In this document: positions 50,601-63,670 of the stretch, piece after piece
How the letters are laid out: each line of letters starts with the position of its first letter
Position numbering within the stretch: position 1 is the stretch's first letter
Assembly: GCF_039654945.1 (NCBI RefSeq)
Contig: NW_027361774.1
Coordinates: 620,001-684,000 of the forward strand
Reading direction: 5' to 3'
DNA: 64,000 bases
Source: Dendrobates tinctorius
Lineage: Eukaryota
Notes under the pieces: generated by a model
Database searches by the model: none
What the model was told of the DNA's origin: nothing
What the model saw: the letters and a program-made list of their open reading frames with translations, nothing else
Position numbers and translations under genes: made by a program

Positions 50601-51639
50601 TCACACAGGGGAGAAGCCTTTTTCCTGTTCTGAATGTGGGAAATGTTTTGCACATAAATCACATTTTGTTACCCACCAAAGAACTCACACAGGGGAGAAG
50701 CCTTTTTCCTGTTCAGAATGTGGGAAATGTTTTAACACTAAATCAGAATGTGTTACGCACCAGAGAACTCACACAGGAGAGAAGCCTTTTTCATGTTTAG
50801 AATGTGGGAAATGTTTTAACACTAAATCAGATTGTGTTATGCACCAGAGAACTCACACAGGAGAGAAGCCTTTTTCATGTTCAGAATGTGGGAAATGTTT
50901 TATCAATAAATCAGTTTGTGTTAAGCACCAGAGAACTCACACAGGGGAGAAGCCTTTTTCATGTTCAGAATGTGGGAAATGTTTTAACCTTAAAAGGAAT
51001 CTTGATGAACACCATAGAACTCACACAGGGATGAAGCCTGTTTCATGTTCAGAATGTGGGAAATGTTTTAGCAGTAAATCAGCCTGTGCTAAGCACCATA
51101 GAATCCACACAGGAGAGAAGCCTGTTTCATGTTCAGAATGTGGGAAATGTTTTATCAGTAAATCAGCTTGTGCTAAGCACCATAGAATCCACACAGGAGA
51201 GAAGCCTTTTTCATGTTCAGAATGTGGGAAATGTTTTAAATTTAAAAAGAATCTTGATGAACACCATAAAACTCACACAGGGGAGAAGCCTGTTTCATGT
51301 TCAGAATGTGGGAAATGTTTTATCAGTAAATCAGCTTGTGTTAAGCACCAGAGAACTCACACAGGAGAGAAGCCTTTTTCATGTTTAGAATGTGGGAAAT
51401 GTTTTAACAGTAAATCAGATTGTGTTAAACACCAGAGAACTCACACAGGAGAGAAGCCTTTTTCATGTTTAGAATGTGGGAAATGTTTTAACCAGAAAGG
51501 GAGTCTTGATGAACACCATAGAACTCATACAGGGGAGAAGCCTTTTTCATGTTCAGAATGTGGGAAATGTTTTACAAGGAAATCAAATTGTGTTAAGCAC
51601 CAGAGAACCCACATACAGGAGAAGCCTTTTTCCTGTTAA
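44617..51639 (+). CDS. KRAB-type C2H2 zinc-finger protein B (XlCOF/XlCGF-like), 6 coding exons, ~725 aa, 16 fingers
   Basis: Exons 44617-44694, 44824-45003, 45087-45210, 45294-45391, 45590-45680 and 50033-51639; all GT-AG and phase-consistent (2178 nt); TGEKP linkers. Confidence 0.92.
46270..48920. mobile_element. Harbinger-like non-autonomous element containing a 31-bp array (46575-47560), a nested Penelope fragment and (TATC)n; duplicated at +10533
   Basis: Right end CGTGTGCACGCAGCC+TAA; left end indistinct. Confidence 0.55.
47620..48525 (+). mobile_element. Penelope-like element fragment (copy at ~58153-59058)
   Basis: [22 protein letters not shown]...[11 protein letters not shown], typical of the PLE ORF N-terminus; inverted hammerhead-like motif upstream. 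Confidence 0.75.
49149..49836 (-). mobile_element. Non-autonomous Helitron-like element (copy at ~59682-60369)
   Basis: CCCGATGCGATAGCATCGGG hairpin before CTAG on the minus strand; internal inverted repeats and ~18-bp GGGATCC repeats. Confidence 0.55.
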
Positions 51640-51830
51640 TGTGGGAAATTTTTTAACCAGGAAGCGCTTCTTGATCGCCATCAGAGCAGTCACACAGAGG
51701 AGAAGCCATTTTCATTTTCTTAATGTAGGAAATATTTTACTTGGAAATCAACTGTTAATAAACATCAGAGATGTCACATAGGGGAGAAGCCTTTTTTTAT
51801 ATTCATAATGTTGGAATAGTTTTAACCAAA
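51640..51830 (+). pseudogene. Two to three decayed zinc fingers in the 3' UTR of gene B (also after gene C)
   Basis: TGTGGGAAA...CATCAGAG..CACA..GGAGAAGCC pattern continues with stops and frameshifts. Confidence 0.8.
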
Positions 51831-52228
51831 ATTAAATGTTCTTAAATGGGTTGTCTCTTGTCATTCCTCATGTTTGCTGACAAAAGGATAAAACTAAACT
51901 TTATTAATTCCAAATATAAAGCTATACCCATAATTCACCCCAGACAGATAGCAGACAGATACAGGGGTGATTGTGGTTCAGGAAAGATGGGTGATGATGG
52001 TATTGCAGCCAGAACACATACCTGTGGATGAAGCAGATCAATTGTCAGAGTGATAGTAATAGTGAAGCATAGTAATAATAATAATGAAGCATCTAGAGCA
52101 AGGGAGTCATTTTCAGGCATATTTCAGATGTTATCCTTAGAACGACATCCTTGGAATGACAGACCGACATTATACAGTAACACTATGAAGAGATCGGGGG
52201 GGATTGACGGTATCATTGTGTGTGTCAG

Positions 52229-52528
52229 GTTCCTATAAGGTGTCACGATGTCGCTGTCTATTTCTCCATGGAGGAGTGGGAGTATATAGAAGGACACAGA
52301 GATCTATACAAGGACGTCATAATGGAGGTTCCCCAGCCCCTCACATCTCCAGGTAATAGACAGGACTAAATACTCACCGCATATAATATATGTAGAGAAT
52401 GAATTCAGTCCCTGCATGTGTTTCCTCCAGATCTATCCAGTAAGAGGACAACACCAGAGAGATGTCCCCGTCCTCTTCTTCCACAGGACTGTAACCAAGA
52501 AGATCCCAGTGTTCCTCAGGATCATCAG
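52229..52528 (+). pseudogene. Orphan KRAB exon and exon 4 (copy 2)
   Basis: 52229-52352 and 52431-52528, duplicates of gene A exons 3-4 with intact splice sites. Confidence 0.85.
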
Positions 52529-53061
52529 GTAGATGGAGAGAAGGTGTCAGGAGATCTCCCCTATGATGTGTAGACGGCTGTGAAGGTCTTGTGCTCAGTC
52601 TTGTTTTATCCACCAGTATTATATGTTTTATACTTGTGTGATGAGAACGGTAGAGATGGCAGGATTAGAGCTGACACCAGTGACCGGAGGTAAACTTTTT
52701 ACCTCCAATCACAGCTGAGCGGTTATGCTGTGTTCTGACAACGTGGGAACCACGGCTCTGTGACCGGCGGGGATGATTTTACCGCCAATCAGAAGCGCTA
52801 CACCGGTGTTTACCGTACCTTCACACAGCTTGGGAAACACCGGCTTTTGTGCTGTGCATGATCGGCTATATTCTGCTATTAAATCAGCAAAAGTGTTGTG
52901 CCTGCCATCTGATGTATATACTTCTCATCAAGTTCTTGTTAAGTGAAGGAAAGTCTATTTTTTAACTTTGGTCTCCCTCATTCATCTCCATACTATCTGG
53001 TCTGGGCCTACAACGACAGCATGCAATCTCCGGAGTCGGGAGATATGACTCTGCTATAATG

Positions 53062-53099
<38 letters not shown>

Positions 53100-55149
53100 T
53101 ACTATACTAGATGGTGGCCCGATTCTAACGCATCGTGTATTCTAGAATATGTATGTAGTTTATTTATGAAGATTTAAGAATAATGCAATGAATGTTCGGG
53201 CGGTGTAGAAAATTGCTTTGGAAAGGCTTCTGGAATCGACTTTGGGATTGCCCCTTGCAGACCTGGGGGGCTGGACCCTCATCTGACCTTGTTTTCCCTG
53301 GGCACACCGCTGGTGAAGTTTCCCTCTCTGCCTGCTGCACGCGCCATCTTCTTCCTTTGTGGTGACGTCACCGCTACCCGATGTTCGGCCGGTGTGGAGA
53401 TTTCCTTCTGAACAGTATCTGCGTCCTGCCTTATGCTTGCCCTTTGCCGAACGGGGTTTTTTCGCCCTCCTCTGCTCAAGTTAAGGCAGGGCACATCGTT
53501 GGTGAAGTTCCTGTGGAGGACTGCTGCGGCGCCATCTTCCTCCACCTTCAGTGACGTCCCCGGGCGCGACCAATCAGCGACGCGGGATTTCCGTTACAGA
53601 CAGAATTAGACGAATATATATATATAATAGATGGTGGCCCAATTCTAACGCATCGGGTATTCTAGAATATGGCCAAATTCGCATGCGTTTTGCCGCAGAA
53701 AACATGCTTTTTTCACGCGCGGAATTCAAGCGCATACCAAACGATTTGAAGCATCACTTGGAATGTGATTGACAGGTTGGTCACACTTGTGAAGCATAGT
53801 GTTTGACAATTGTGATCAACTTTTTACTATTGATTGAAACCACAATTTTTTGCAAGTATTTAAATAGGCACTTCAACACATGAATCCACACTTGCGGGTA
53901 AAAAAGAATATTACTCCTTCTTATCCAAAATGAAGCGAACCACAATTATATTACCAACATGTAACTTTATTAAACAAAATAAAGACATTTAAAATTGGCT
54001 ACATATTCATTGTTTCCTGATAACCTACCCCAAAAGGGGAAAAAAAAACAGCAGACAATTATCTCTGTTTTGTTTAATAAAGTTACATGTTTTTAATATA
54101 ATTGTGGTTCGCTTCATTTTGGATAAGAAGGAGTAATATTCTTTTTTGTCCGCAAGTGTGGATTTTTACTATTGATGATGCCTATGCAGCATCAATAGTA
54201 AAAGATAGCATGTAAAAAAGAATAAAAAAAAATTAAAAAAAGGTTATTCTCACCTTCCGACGGTCCCCGGACTCTTTCTTTCCTCTCCACGCTCCCGGCA
54301 TCTTCCGTTCCCAGTTATGCTTAGCGCGAATTACCGGAGATGACGTCACTCTCGAGAGCGCGATGCTTGCGAGATTGCGACGTCATCAGCGGTCTTTCTC
54401 GCAAAGCATTACTGGGAACGGAAGATGCCGGCTGCGTGGTTAGAGGTGGGAGAGCTCCGGGGGCCGTCGGAGGGTGAGTATATCACTATTTTTTGCTTTA
54501 ATTCTATTTTTACAGGTTTATGGTACCCACGGTCCAGAGGAGTCTCCCGACTCCTAGCGCCGCTGATCTCCCGACGGTAGCGGTGGCGTGTGTCCTTCAA
54601 ATTCCGGACTGCGCCTGCGCACTGCGCCTGTCGCTGATTGGTTGCGGCCTGCCGGCCACGACCAATCAGCGACACGGGATTTCCGTTACAGACAGACAGA
54701 GTTAGACGATTATATAAATAGATATATATATATATATATGTTATATATAGCTGACCCGTGGAAGCGCTGATAGGCCGTCATCAGAGTTTACTCACTCCTT
54801 TCTTCAGCCTCCCGGCCATGAAGTTTTAAACTTTTGCTACAAATAAACTACGGACTTTCAATATGGATCGGTGAGTGCTTCAGTCCTTACTTTCTTTGAT
54901 GGTGAAATTATATATATATATATATATATATATAGATATATTCTGTATATATGTGTGTATGTGTATATATATATGTTTGGCAGAGTCATATCTCCCGACT
55001 CTGCAGATTGCTGCTGTCATTGTATTATTACACAGGATTCTTATGATGTTACATCGGATCATCTTCTTCTCATTCAGGTCTCTACAATATCGGATCCTCT
55101 CAGTGAAGATCTTCTACAGAAGAGAATTTTCCTGATTTACCCATCAAGG

Positions 55150-58100
55150 ATGGATATGGACAGAGACAAGATGGCGGAGAGGATGTTACACCTCACCCTA
55201 GAGATCCTCTTCCGTCTCACTGGAGAGGTGAGAGATTCTGATGACGTCACATTACATCATTCTTATCTATGGGAATAACAGATGGACAGAACTGGAAAGG
55301 TGAGGACTCTGGAAATGTCTGTAGTGAGATTTATTAATGTGTCTCTCCATAACCAGGATTACACAGTGGTGAAGAAGACCTCTAGTGATCACTGTCAGGA
55401 CCCTGTGTCTGAGGGATGTGGAAGACCCCTGAACTCAATCACGGGGCCTCCACCTCACCCCCTGATCCATGAGGACATCAATGACCAGAAGATCCTAGAA
55501 CTCATCTACAAGATGATTGAGCTGCTGACTGGAGAGGTGACACTGCTGGGAATGCTGGGACATTATACAGTAACACTATGAAGGGATCGGGGGGATGACG
55601 GTATCATTGTATGTGTCAGGTTCCTATAAGGTGTCAGGATGTCGCTGTCTATTTCTCCATGGAGGAGTGGGAGTATTTAGAAGGACACAGAGATCTGTAC
55701 AAGGACGTCATAATGGAGGTTCCCCAGCCCCTCACATCACCAGGTAATAGACAGGACTAAATACACACGGCCTATAATTATCTGTATGTAGAGAATTAAT
55801 TCAGTCCCTGTATGTGTTTCCTCCAGATCTATCCAGTAAGAGGACAACACCAGAGAGATGTCCCCGTCCTCTTCTTCCACAGGACTGTAAACAAGAAGAT
55901 CCCAGTGCTCCTCAGGATCATCAGGTAGATGGAGAGAAGGTGTCAGGAGATCTCCCCTATGATGTGTAGACGGCTGTGAAGGTCTTGTGCTCAGTCTTGT
56001 TTTTTCCCCCAGTATTATATGTTTTATACTTGTGTAATGAGAACGGTGGAGATGGCAGGATTAGAGCTGATCATAGATGGGACTTCTCCATCTGTCGGTG
56101 ACTTTTACAATATTTGTTTCAGGGTGAAGGTCTGACCCATCTTAATACTACAGAGACATATGTGAGAGATGATGAGTGGTGTAAAGAGAAGATTCCCACA
56201 TATGACTACCCAGGTGAGTAGTAACCACTGAATGCAGAGAAGTCACAGATTCCTCTCAGTCACCGGCTGTGGCTGCTTTATCGGTGGTGTAGTCCGGCCG
56301 TATTACCATGATCACCATTTTGCCTCTAGACCACAACATTCTCCTCCACCCAAAACTGTTCAAATGACTTTGGACATTGAAAGCCCTTTTCTATAGAACT
56401 TACAACCTGGAGGATCCACCTACTCCCTGGTATTAGTGTGAGGGTGATCCCTTAAAGAGAGATCTATATGATTACTTGTACCTAACCCAATATAGGCCGA
56501 GTGCGCGCTTAAAGAGTCACACCGAACACAGAGTTAGATGTCTACTCCTTTCTCAGCAAAGGCTTGCACACAACTGAAGTTTATTCTCAAGACAAAGAGA
56601 CAGGAAATGGGTGTCACACCATCTTCTGAGTAGCCAGTGTCAGTCTATGATAGGTCCATTTCAGCTTCACTTCCATATATGGTATCCAGTATCTCAGCTT
56701 CTGCATTCCAAGGATTCCTTCCAAGGTGTTGTCTGAAGACACAGACGCCATCTTGGTACACCATATCTGAACTGACTTATATAAGGTTAGCTGCGTTGTA
56801 CAGTACCATGAAAGTGAATGTAAATTGAAAAACGCTGTGCACATGCTGCAGAAAAATCTGCGTGGAAACGCTGCGGGTTCATGTCAATTCTTTGTGCGGA
56901 TCTGCAGCGTTTCTGCACCCATTGACTTGCATTAAGTCGGGCATATCCGGAGCAAAACCGCAGATCTAAAAAATATCTGCGTTTTTGCTGTGGATGAAAC
57001 GCTGCAGATCGGGAGGGGGGGGAAGAGTGGGGGCGGCGTGTCGGCGGAGACTGTCTGCTTGTGTATGTGTGTGGGCGGTGACTGTGTGCGTGTATGGGCC
57101 TGTGTGTGCGGGGGTCATCAGGCGGTCTGCCGGGCTGTGCGAAGGTCATTAGGCATATGTCAGGGCTGTGCGGGGGTCATTAGGCATATGTCGGGGCTGT
57201 GCGGGGGTCATCGGGCGGTCTGCTGGGCTGTGCGGGGGTCATTAGGCATATGCCGGGGCTGTGCGGGGGTCATCGGTCGGTCTGCCGGGCTGTGCGGGGG
57301 TCATTAGGCATATGTCGGGGCTGTGCGGGGGTCATTGGGCGGTCTGCGGGTCTGTGCGGGGGTCATTAGGCACATGCCGGGGCTGTGCGGGGGTCATTAG
57401 GCATATGTCGGGGCTGTGCGGGGGTCATCGGGCGGTCTGCTGGGCTGTGCGTGGGTCATTAGGTATACGCCGTGGCTGTGTGGGGGTCATTGCGCGGTCT
57501 GCCGGGCTGTGCGGGGGTCATTAGGCATATGTCGGGGCTGTGCGGGGGTCATTGGGCGGTCTGCCGGGCTGTGCAGGGGTCATTAGGCATATGCCGGGGC
57601 TGTGCGGGGGTCATTGGGCGGTCTGTCGGGCTGTGCGGGGGTCATTGGGCGGTCTGCGGGGCTGTGCGGGGGTCATTAGGCATATGCCGGGCTGTGCGGG
57701 GGTCATTAGGCATATGTCGGGGCTGTGCGGGGGTCATTGGGCGGTCTGCTGGGCTGTGCAGGGGTCATTAGGCATATGCCGGGGCTGTGCGGGGGTCATT
57801 GGGCGGTCTGCCGGGCTGTGCGGGGGTCATCAGGCGGTCTGCTGGGCTGTGCGGGGGTCATTAGGCATATGCCGGGGCTGTGCGGGGGTCATTAGGCATA
57901 TGCCAGGCTGTGCGGGGGTCATTAGGCATATGCCGGGGCTGTGCGGGGGTCATCGGGCGGTCTGCTGGGCTGTGCGTGGGTCATTAGGCATACGCCGTGG
58001 CTGTGCGGGGGTCATTGGGCGGTTTGCCGGGCTGTGCGGGGGTCATTAGGCATATGTCGGGGCTGTGCGGGGGTCATTGGGCGGTCTGCGGGGCTGTGTG

Positions 58101-61100
58101 TACTACAAGTCCCATCGGGCTATGCCTGCTACACTGTCAGTGTTTATACACTTAGATAGGAAGGAAGGATCATCCCCGCGCTGCCGCAAGAAGAATTCCA
58201 GAAATTGTAGAGGTGTTAACGTGGTTTCTTCTACGTGTTTGGGGGGTTCAGGTGACCCCTTCATCAGGACATACCACAAATATTGTACCAAATCATTCTC
58301 AAACACTATCCGAAGCCAGGAAACATCTAGAAAAGATTAAATTACAAATTAATCTAATTTAAAGATAAAACCACTGCTGCCCCGAAGACACTGAGAGGTA
58401 ATAATAAATCTGGGACCAAAGGAGCCAACTCTAATTCGGATCTGTCCAGTTCTCTCCCTCTTTCACTTCTTGAGTTCTCCATTCATGATACCACTCCAAG
58501 CATGTTGGTACCTTCACTAACCACTATCTCATTAGGTCCTGACGACCCTGATACCTCCACTCCACCAGCCCCACCAATGACACTATTGTAGTGGATCATT
58601 CAGATGCCTCTAAATCCGGGACGGTTCCTCTTTTACCCCGGGCAATAAAAAAACTCCCAACTGAACCAATTTTTTGTACCCAAAACCGTAAAAATAAAAA
58701 GCACTACAGAGGAACTAGGGGAGGGAGAAAAAGAGGAAAAATACCACCTTAACCCCTCCATCGCTAATGAATTAACTTCTAATATTTGTAATCTTTCTGA
58801 CTACAAACTCTCTGAAAGTGAGGAATCCCTCCTATCTAGAGGATTGTCCTTCTGTCTCTCCAACAAACCTAAGGATTTTAATTTATTTTTAGATTTACAA
58901 ATTTTCATAAGGAAATTAAACCTTAAAAGACATTTCTTTATTAAGGAAAATAAATCCAACCCTCCAACCAACACAGAAAATACTGAAGAAACAGATGAAT
59001 GGTTTCACCTGAACGTACCTGCTAAGTCTAAATTTTATCCTGTTGAGGACAAAAGCCACCATCTATCTATTATCTATCTATCTATCCTTCTATCTATCTC
59101 TCTATCTATCCTTCTATCTATCTATCTATTATCTATCTATCCTATAGCTATCTATCTATTTCTCTATTTATTTATCCTTCTATCTATTTATCCTTCTATC
59201 TATTATCTATGTATCTGTGTGTTATGGAGTGTGGGTTGGACAAATGTAAATGAGGAGGTTGGACAGAAATGACATCACAAATCTTTTTTTTTTGTTAAAT
59301 AAGATATCTTTATTTAGCTTACAAAAACGCATACAAATCCGCCTGAAAAACCGCAGCAAAAAGGCATCAAAGACGCAACTGAGTTTTCTCCCAAGAACTG
59401 TGGATTTTGTGCGGAAAAATCCGCGGCAAAATCTGCAACGTGTGCACGCAGCCTAAATGTTGTTTGCGCACACTGCAAGACTCAGAAGTGAGAGCGGATT
59501 TTGCTGGATTGGTTTATGGAAACCTTGTTGCTTTTCAGCAGCCTTTGAGCCACTAATAGTGCGGGAACCTCTGTTTTTCCATTGACACATGATGGACCTG
59601 AGTGAGGACTTGTTTTTTGTGAGATGAGAATTGGTGTTATTTTCGCCTACATAACATTGATTGGTTTCTTTATATTTGATACTAGATGTGTGCCCGATGC
59701 TATCGCATCGGGAGGGCAGTAACATCACGATGGGGGCAGCTTTGTGGTGCTGGGGGTGGCGGCCCACCCACTTCCATGCAGTCACAACTGGCAGGAAAGA
59801 CTTTGTTTTGCGATCTGTGCTGGAGATGGTGTGCGGCGCTTCCAGAGGGTGGCCGCACCCAATCTCCAGCACAGGCCTCAAGTCGCAGTCTTTCCTGGTG
59901 ACTGTGACTGCATGGAGGTGGGTGGGGAGGCAGCGGTGGGATCCGGCGCATGTAGTCAGACAGTGGGTCCTGGCGGGGGTCTGGCGGTGGCATCCCTCTC
60001 ATTACTCCCCCCTCATTACACCCTCTCATTATACCCCCTTTATTACACCCCTCTCTTTATACCCCCTCGTTACACCCCTTTAACAGCCTCATGATCGCAG
60101 TGATGGCCGGGATCCGAGCGGTGGCCGGGATCCGAGTAGCGGTCGGGATCCCAGCGCCGGTAGGGATCACAGTGGCAGCCTGGATATAAGCGGCAGCTGG
60201 GATCCCAGGGGTATTCGGGATCGCAGCTCCGTCCTGGATCTGAGCGGCATCACTTGGGTGTACCAAAATAGCGGTCGGCGTACTTCCGGTGCGGCGCAGT
60301 GGATTGTGGGATTCGGGGACATCCAGATGGAAGTGGATGACAGACAATTTAAGGCAATTATATATATACATTTGGGAGGCAGAATGAACAAACAGTTGAA
60401 CACCGCACACTACTGGCTCATCCAACAAGGTTTTCAATTAGACTGTGAACTGTCATTGTCTTGGTAAATAAAGTTTTTTACATAGCTTGCCATTTTTTAA
60501 GTAGAAGTGTTGAAAAATATAAACCTCAAGGATATTTTATTTAAAAAAATTGTTTATTATGTTAGATGACTGTACCAGGAGATCAGAGGGACAGCTGACA
60601 TCTTCAATTTTTAAATCTGATGATCTTGATATCCTACAAGATACACCTGAAATGAATGCCGTTACTCCAGACACATCATCATCCATTCACAGCAAAGATC
60701 TGTCATCTGAACCTATGAAACATGTCCCATCTTCTGATTCTTTACTGACTACTAAGGAAAATCAAAGTCACAAAAGAGGCATTAAAAAACAAACTGCTCC
60801 TAAAGCAAAGAAGTCATTTTCATGTTCAGAATGTGGTAAATATTTTACACGGAAATCAGATTTTGTTACTCACCAGAGAATTCACACAGGGGAGAAGCCT
60901 TTTTCATGTTCAGAATGTGGGAAATGTTTTAATCATAAAGGGAATCTTAATGAACACCATAGAACTCACACAGGGGAGAAGCCTGTTTCATGTTCAGAAT
61001 GTGGGAAATGTTTTATCAATAAATCAGTTTGTGTTAAGCACCAGAGAATCCACACAGGAGAGAAGCCTTTTTCATGTTTAGAATGTGGGAAATGTTTTGC

Positions 61101-62172
61101 ACATAAATCACATTTTGTTACCCACCAAAGAACTCACACAGGGGAGAAGCCTTTTTCCTGTTCTGAATGTGGGAAATGTTTTGCACATAAATCACATTTT
61201 GTTACCCACCAAAGAACTCACACAGGGGAGAAGCCTTTTTCCTGTTCAGAATGTGGGAAATGTTTTAACACTAAATCAGAATGTGTTACGCACCAGAGAA
61301 CTCACACAGGAGAGAAGCCTTTTTCATGTTTAGAATGTGGGAAATGTTTTAACACTAAATCAGATTGTGTTATGCACCAGAGAACTCACACAGGAGAGAA
61401 GCCTTTTTCATGTTCAGAATGTGGGAAATGTTTTATCAATAAATCAGTTTGTGTTAAGCACCAGAGAACTCACACAGGGGAGAAGCCTTTTTCATGTTCA
61501 GAATGTGGGAAATGTTTTAACCTTAAAAGGAATCTTGATGAACACCATAGAACTCACACAGGGATGAAGCCTGTTTCATGTTCAGAATGTGGGAAATGTT
61601 TTAGCAGTAAATCAGCCTGTGCTAAGCACCATAGAATCCACACAGGAGAGAAGCCTGTTTCATGTTCAGAATGTGGGAAATGTTTTATCAGTAAATCAGC
61701 TTGTGCTAAGCACCATAGAATCCACACAGGAGAGAAGCCTTTTTCATGTTCAGAATGTGGGAAATGTTTTAAATTTAAAAGGAATCTTGATGAACACCAT
61801 AAAACTCACACAGGGGAGAAGCCTGTTTCATGTTCAGAATGTGGGAAATGTTTTATCAGTAAATCAGCTTGTGTTAAGCACCAGAGAACTCACACAGGAG
61901 AGAAGCCTTTTTCATGTTTAGAATGTGGGAAATGTTTTAACAGTAAATCAGATTGTGTTAAACACCAGAGAACTCACACAGGAGAGAAGCCTTTTTCATG
62001 TTTAGAATGTGGGAAATGTTTTAACCAGAAAGGGAGTCTTGATGAACACCATAGAACTCATACAGGGGAGAAGCCTTTTTCATGTTCAGAATGTGGGAAA
62101 TGTTTTACAAGGAAATCAAATTGTGTTAAGCACCAGAGAACCCACATACAGGAGAAGCCTTTTTCCTGTTAA
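55150..62172 (+). CDS. KRAB-type C2H2 zinc-finger protein C, near-identical duplicate of B
   Basis: Exons 55150-55227, 55357-55536, 55620-55743, 55827-55924, 56123-56213 and 60566-62172. Confidence 0.92.
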
Positions 62173-62761
62173 TGTGGGAAATTTTTTAACCAGGAAGCGC
62201 TTCTTGATCGCCATCAGAGCAGTCACACAGAGGAGAAGCCATTTTCATTTTCTTAATGTAGGAAATATTTTACTTGGAAATCAACTGTTAATAAACATCA
62301 GAGATGTCACATAGGGGAGAAGCCTTTTTTTATATTCATAATGTTGGAATAGTTTTAACCAAAATTAAATGTTCTTAAATGGGTTGTCTCTTGTCATTCC
62401 TCATGTTTGCTGACAAAAGGATAAAACTAAACTTTATTAATTCCAAATATAAAGCTATACCCATAATTCACCCCAGACAGATAGCAGACAGATACAGGGG
62501 TGATTGTGGTTCAGGAAAGATGGGTGATGATGGTATTGCAGCCAGAACACATACCTGTGGATGAAGCAGATCAATTGTCAGAGTGATAGTAATAGTGAAG
62601 CATAGTAATAATAATAATGAAGCATCTAGAGCAAGGGAGTCATTTTCAGGCATATTTCAGATGTTATCCTTAGAACGACATCCTTGGAATGACAGACCGA
62701 CATTATACAGTAACACTATGAAGAGATCGGGGGGGATTGACGGTATCATTGTGTGTGTCAG

Positions 62762-63061
62762 GTTCCTATAAGGTGTCACGATGTCGCTGTCTATTTCTCC
62801 ATGGAGGAGTGGGAGTATATAGAAGGACACAGAGATCTATACAAAGACGTCATAATGGAGGTTCCCCAGCCCCTCACATCTCCAGGTAATAGACAGGACT
62901 AAATACTCACCGCATATAATATATGTAGAGAATGAATTCAGTCCCTGCATGTGTTTCCTCCAGATCTATCCAGTAAGAGGACAACACCAGAGAGATGTCC
63001 CCGTCCTCTTCTTCCACAGGACTGTAACCAAGAAGATCCCAGTGTTCCTCAGGATCATCAG
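62762..63061 (+). pseudogene. Orphan KRAB exon and exon 4 (copy 3)
   Basis: 62762-62885 and 62964-63061. Confidence 0.85.
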
Positions 63062-63592
63062 GTAGATGGAGAGAAGGTGTCAGGAGATCTCCCCTATGAT
63101 GTGTAGACGGCTGTGAAGGTCTTGTGCTCAGTCTTGTTTTATCCACCAGTATTATATGTTTTATACTTGTGTGATGAGAACGGTAGAGATGGCAGGATTA
63201 GAGCTGACACCAGTGACCGGAGGTAAACTTTTTACCTCCAATCACAGCTGAGCGGTTATGCTGTGTTCTGACAACGTGGGAACCACGGCTCTGTGACCGG
63301 CGGGGATGATTTTACCGCCAATCAGAAGCGCTACACCGGTGTTTACCGCACCTTCACACAGCTTGGGAAACACCGGCTTTTGTGCTGTGCATGATCGGCT
63401 ATATTCTGCTATTAAATCAGCAAAAGTGTTGTGCCTGCCATCTGATGTATATACTTCTCATCAAGTTCTTGTTAAGTGAAGGAAAGTCTATTTTTTAACT
63501 TTGGTCTCCCTCATTCATCTCCATACTATCTGGTCTGGGCCTACAACGACAGCATGCAATCTCCGGAGTCGGGAGATATGACTCTGCTATAA

Positions 63593-63670
<78 letters not shown>

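Noticed and set aside
50300-51781. Alternative-frame ORFs ([12 protein letters not shown]) over the finger exon
   Set aside because: Typical shadow frame of C2H2 arrays, broken by regular stops.
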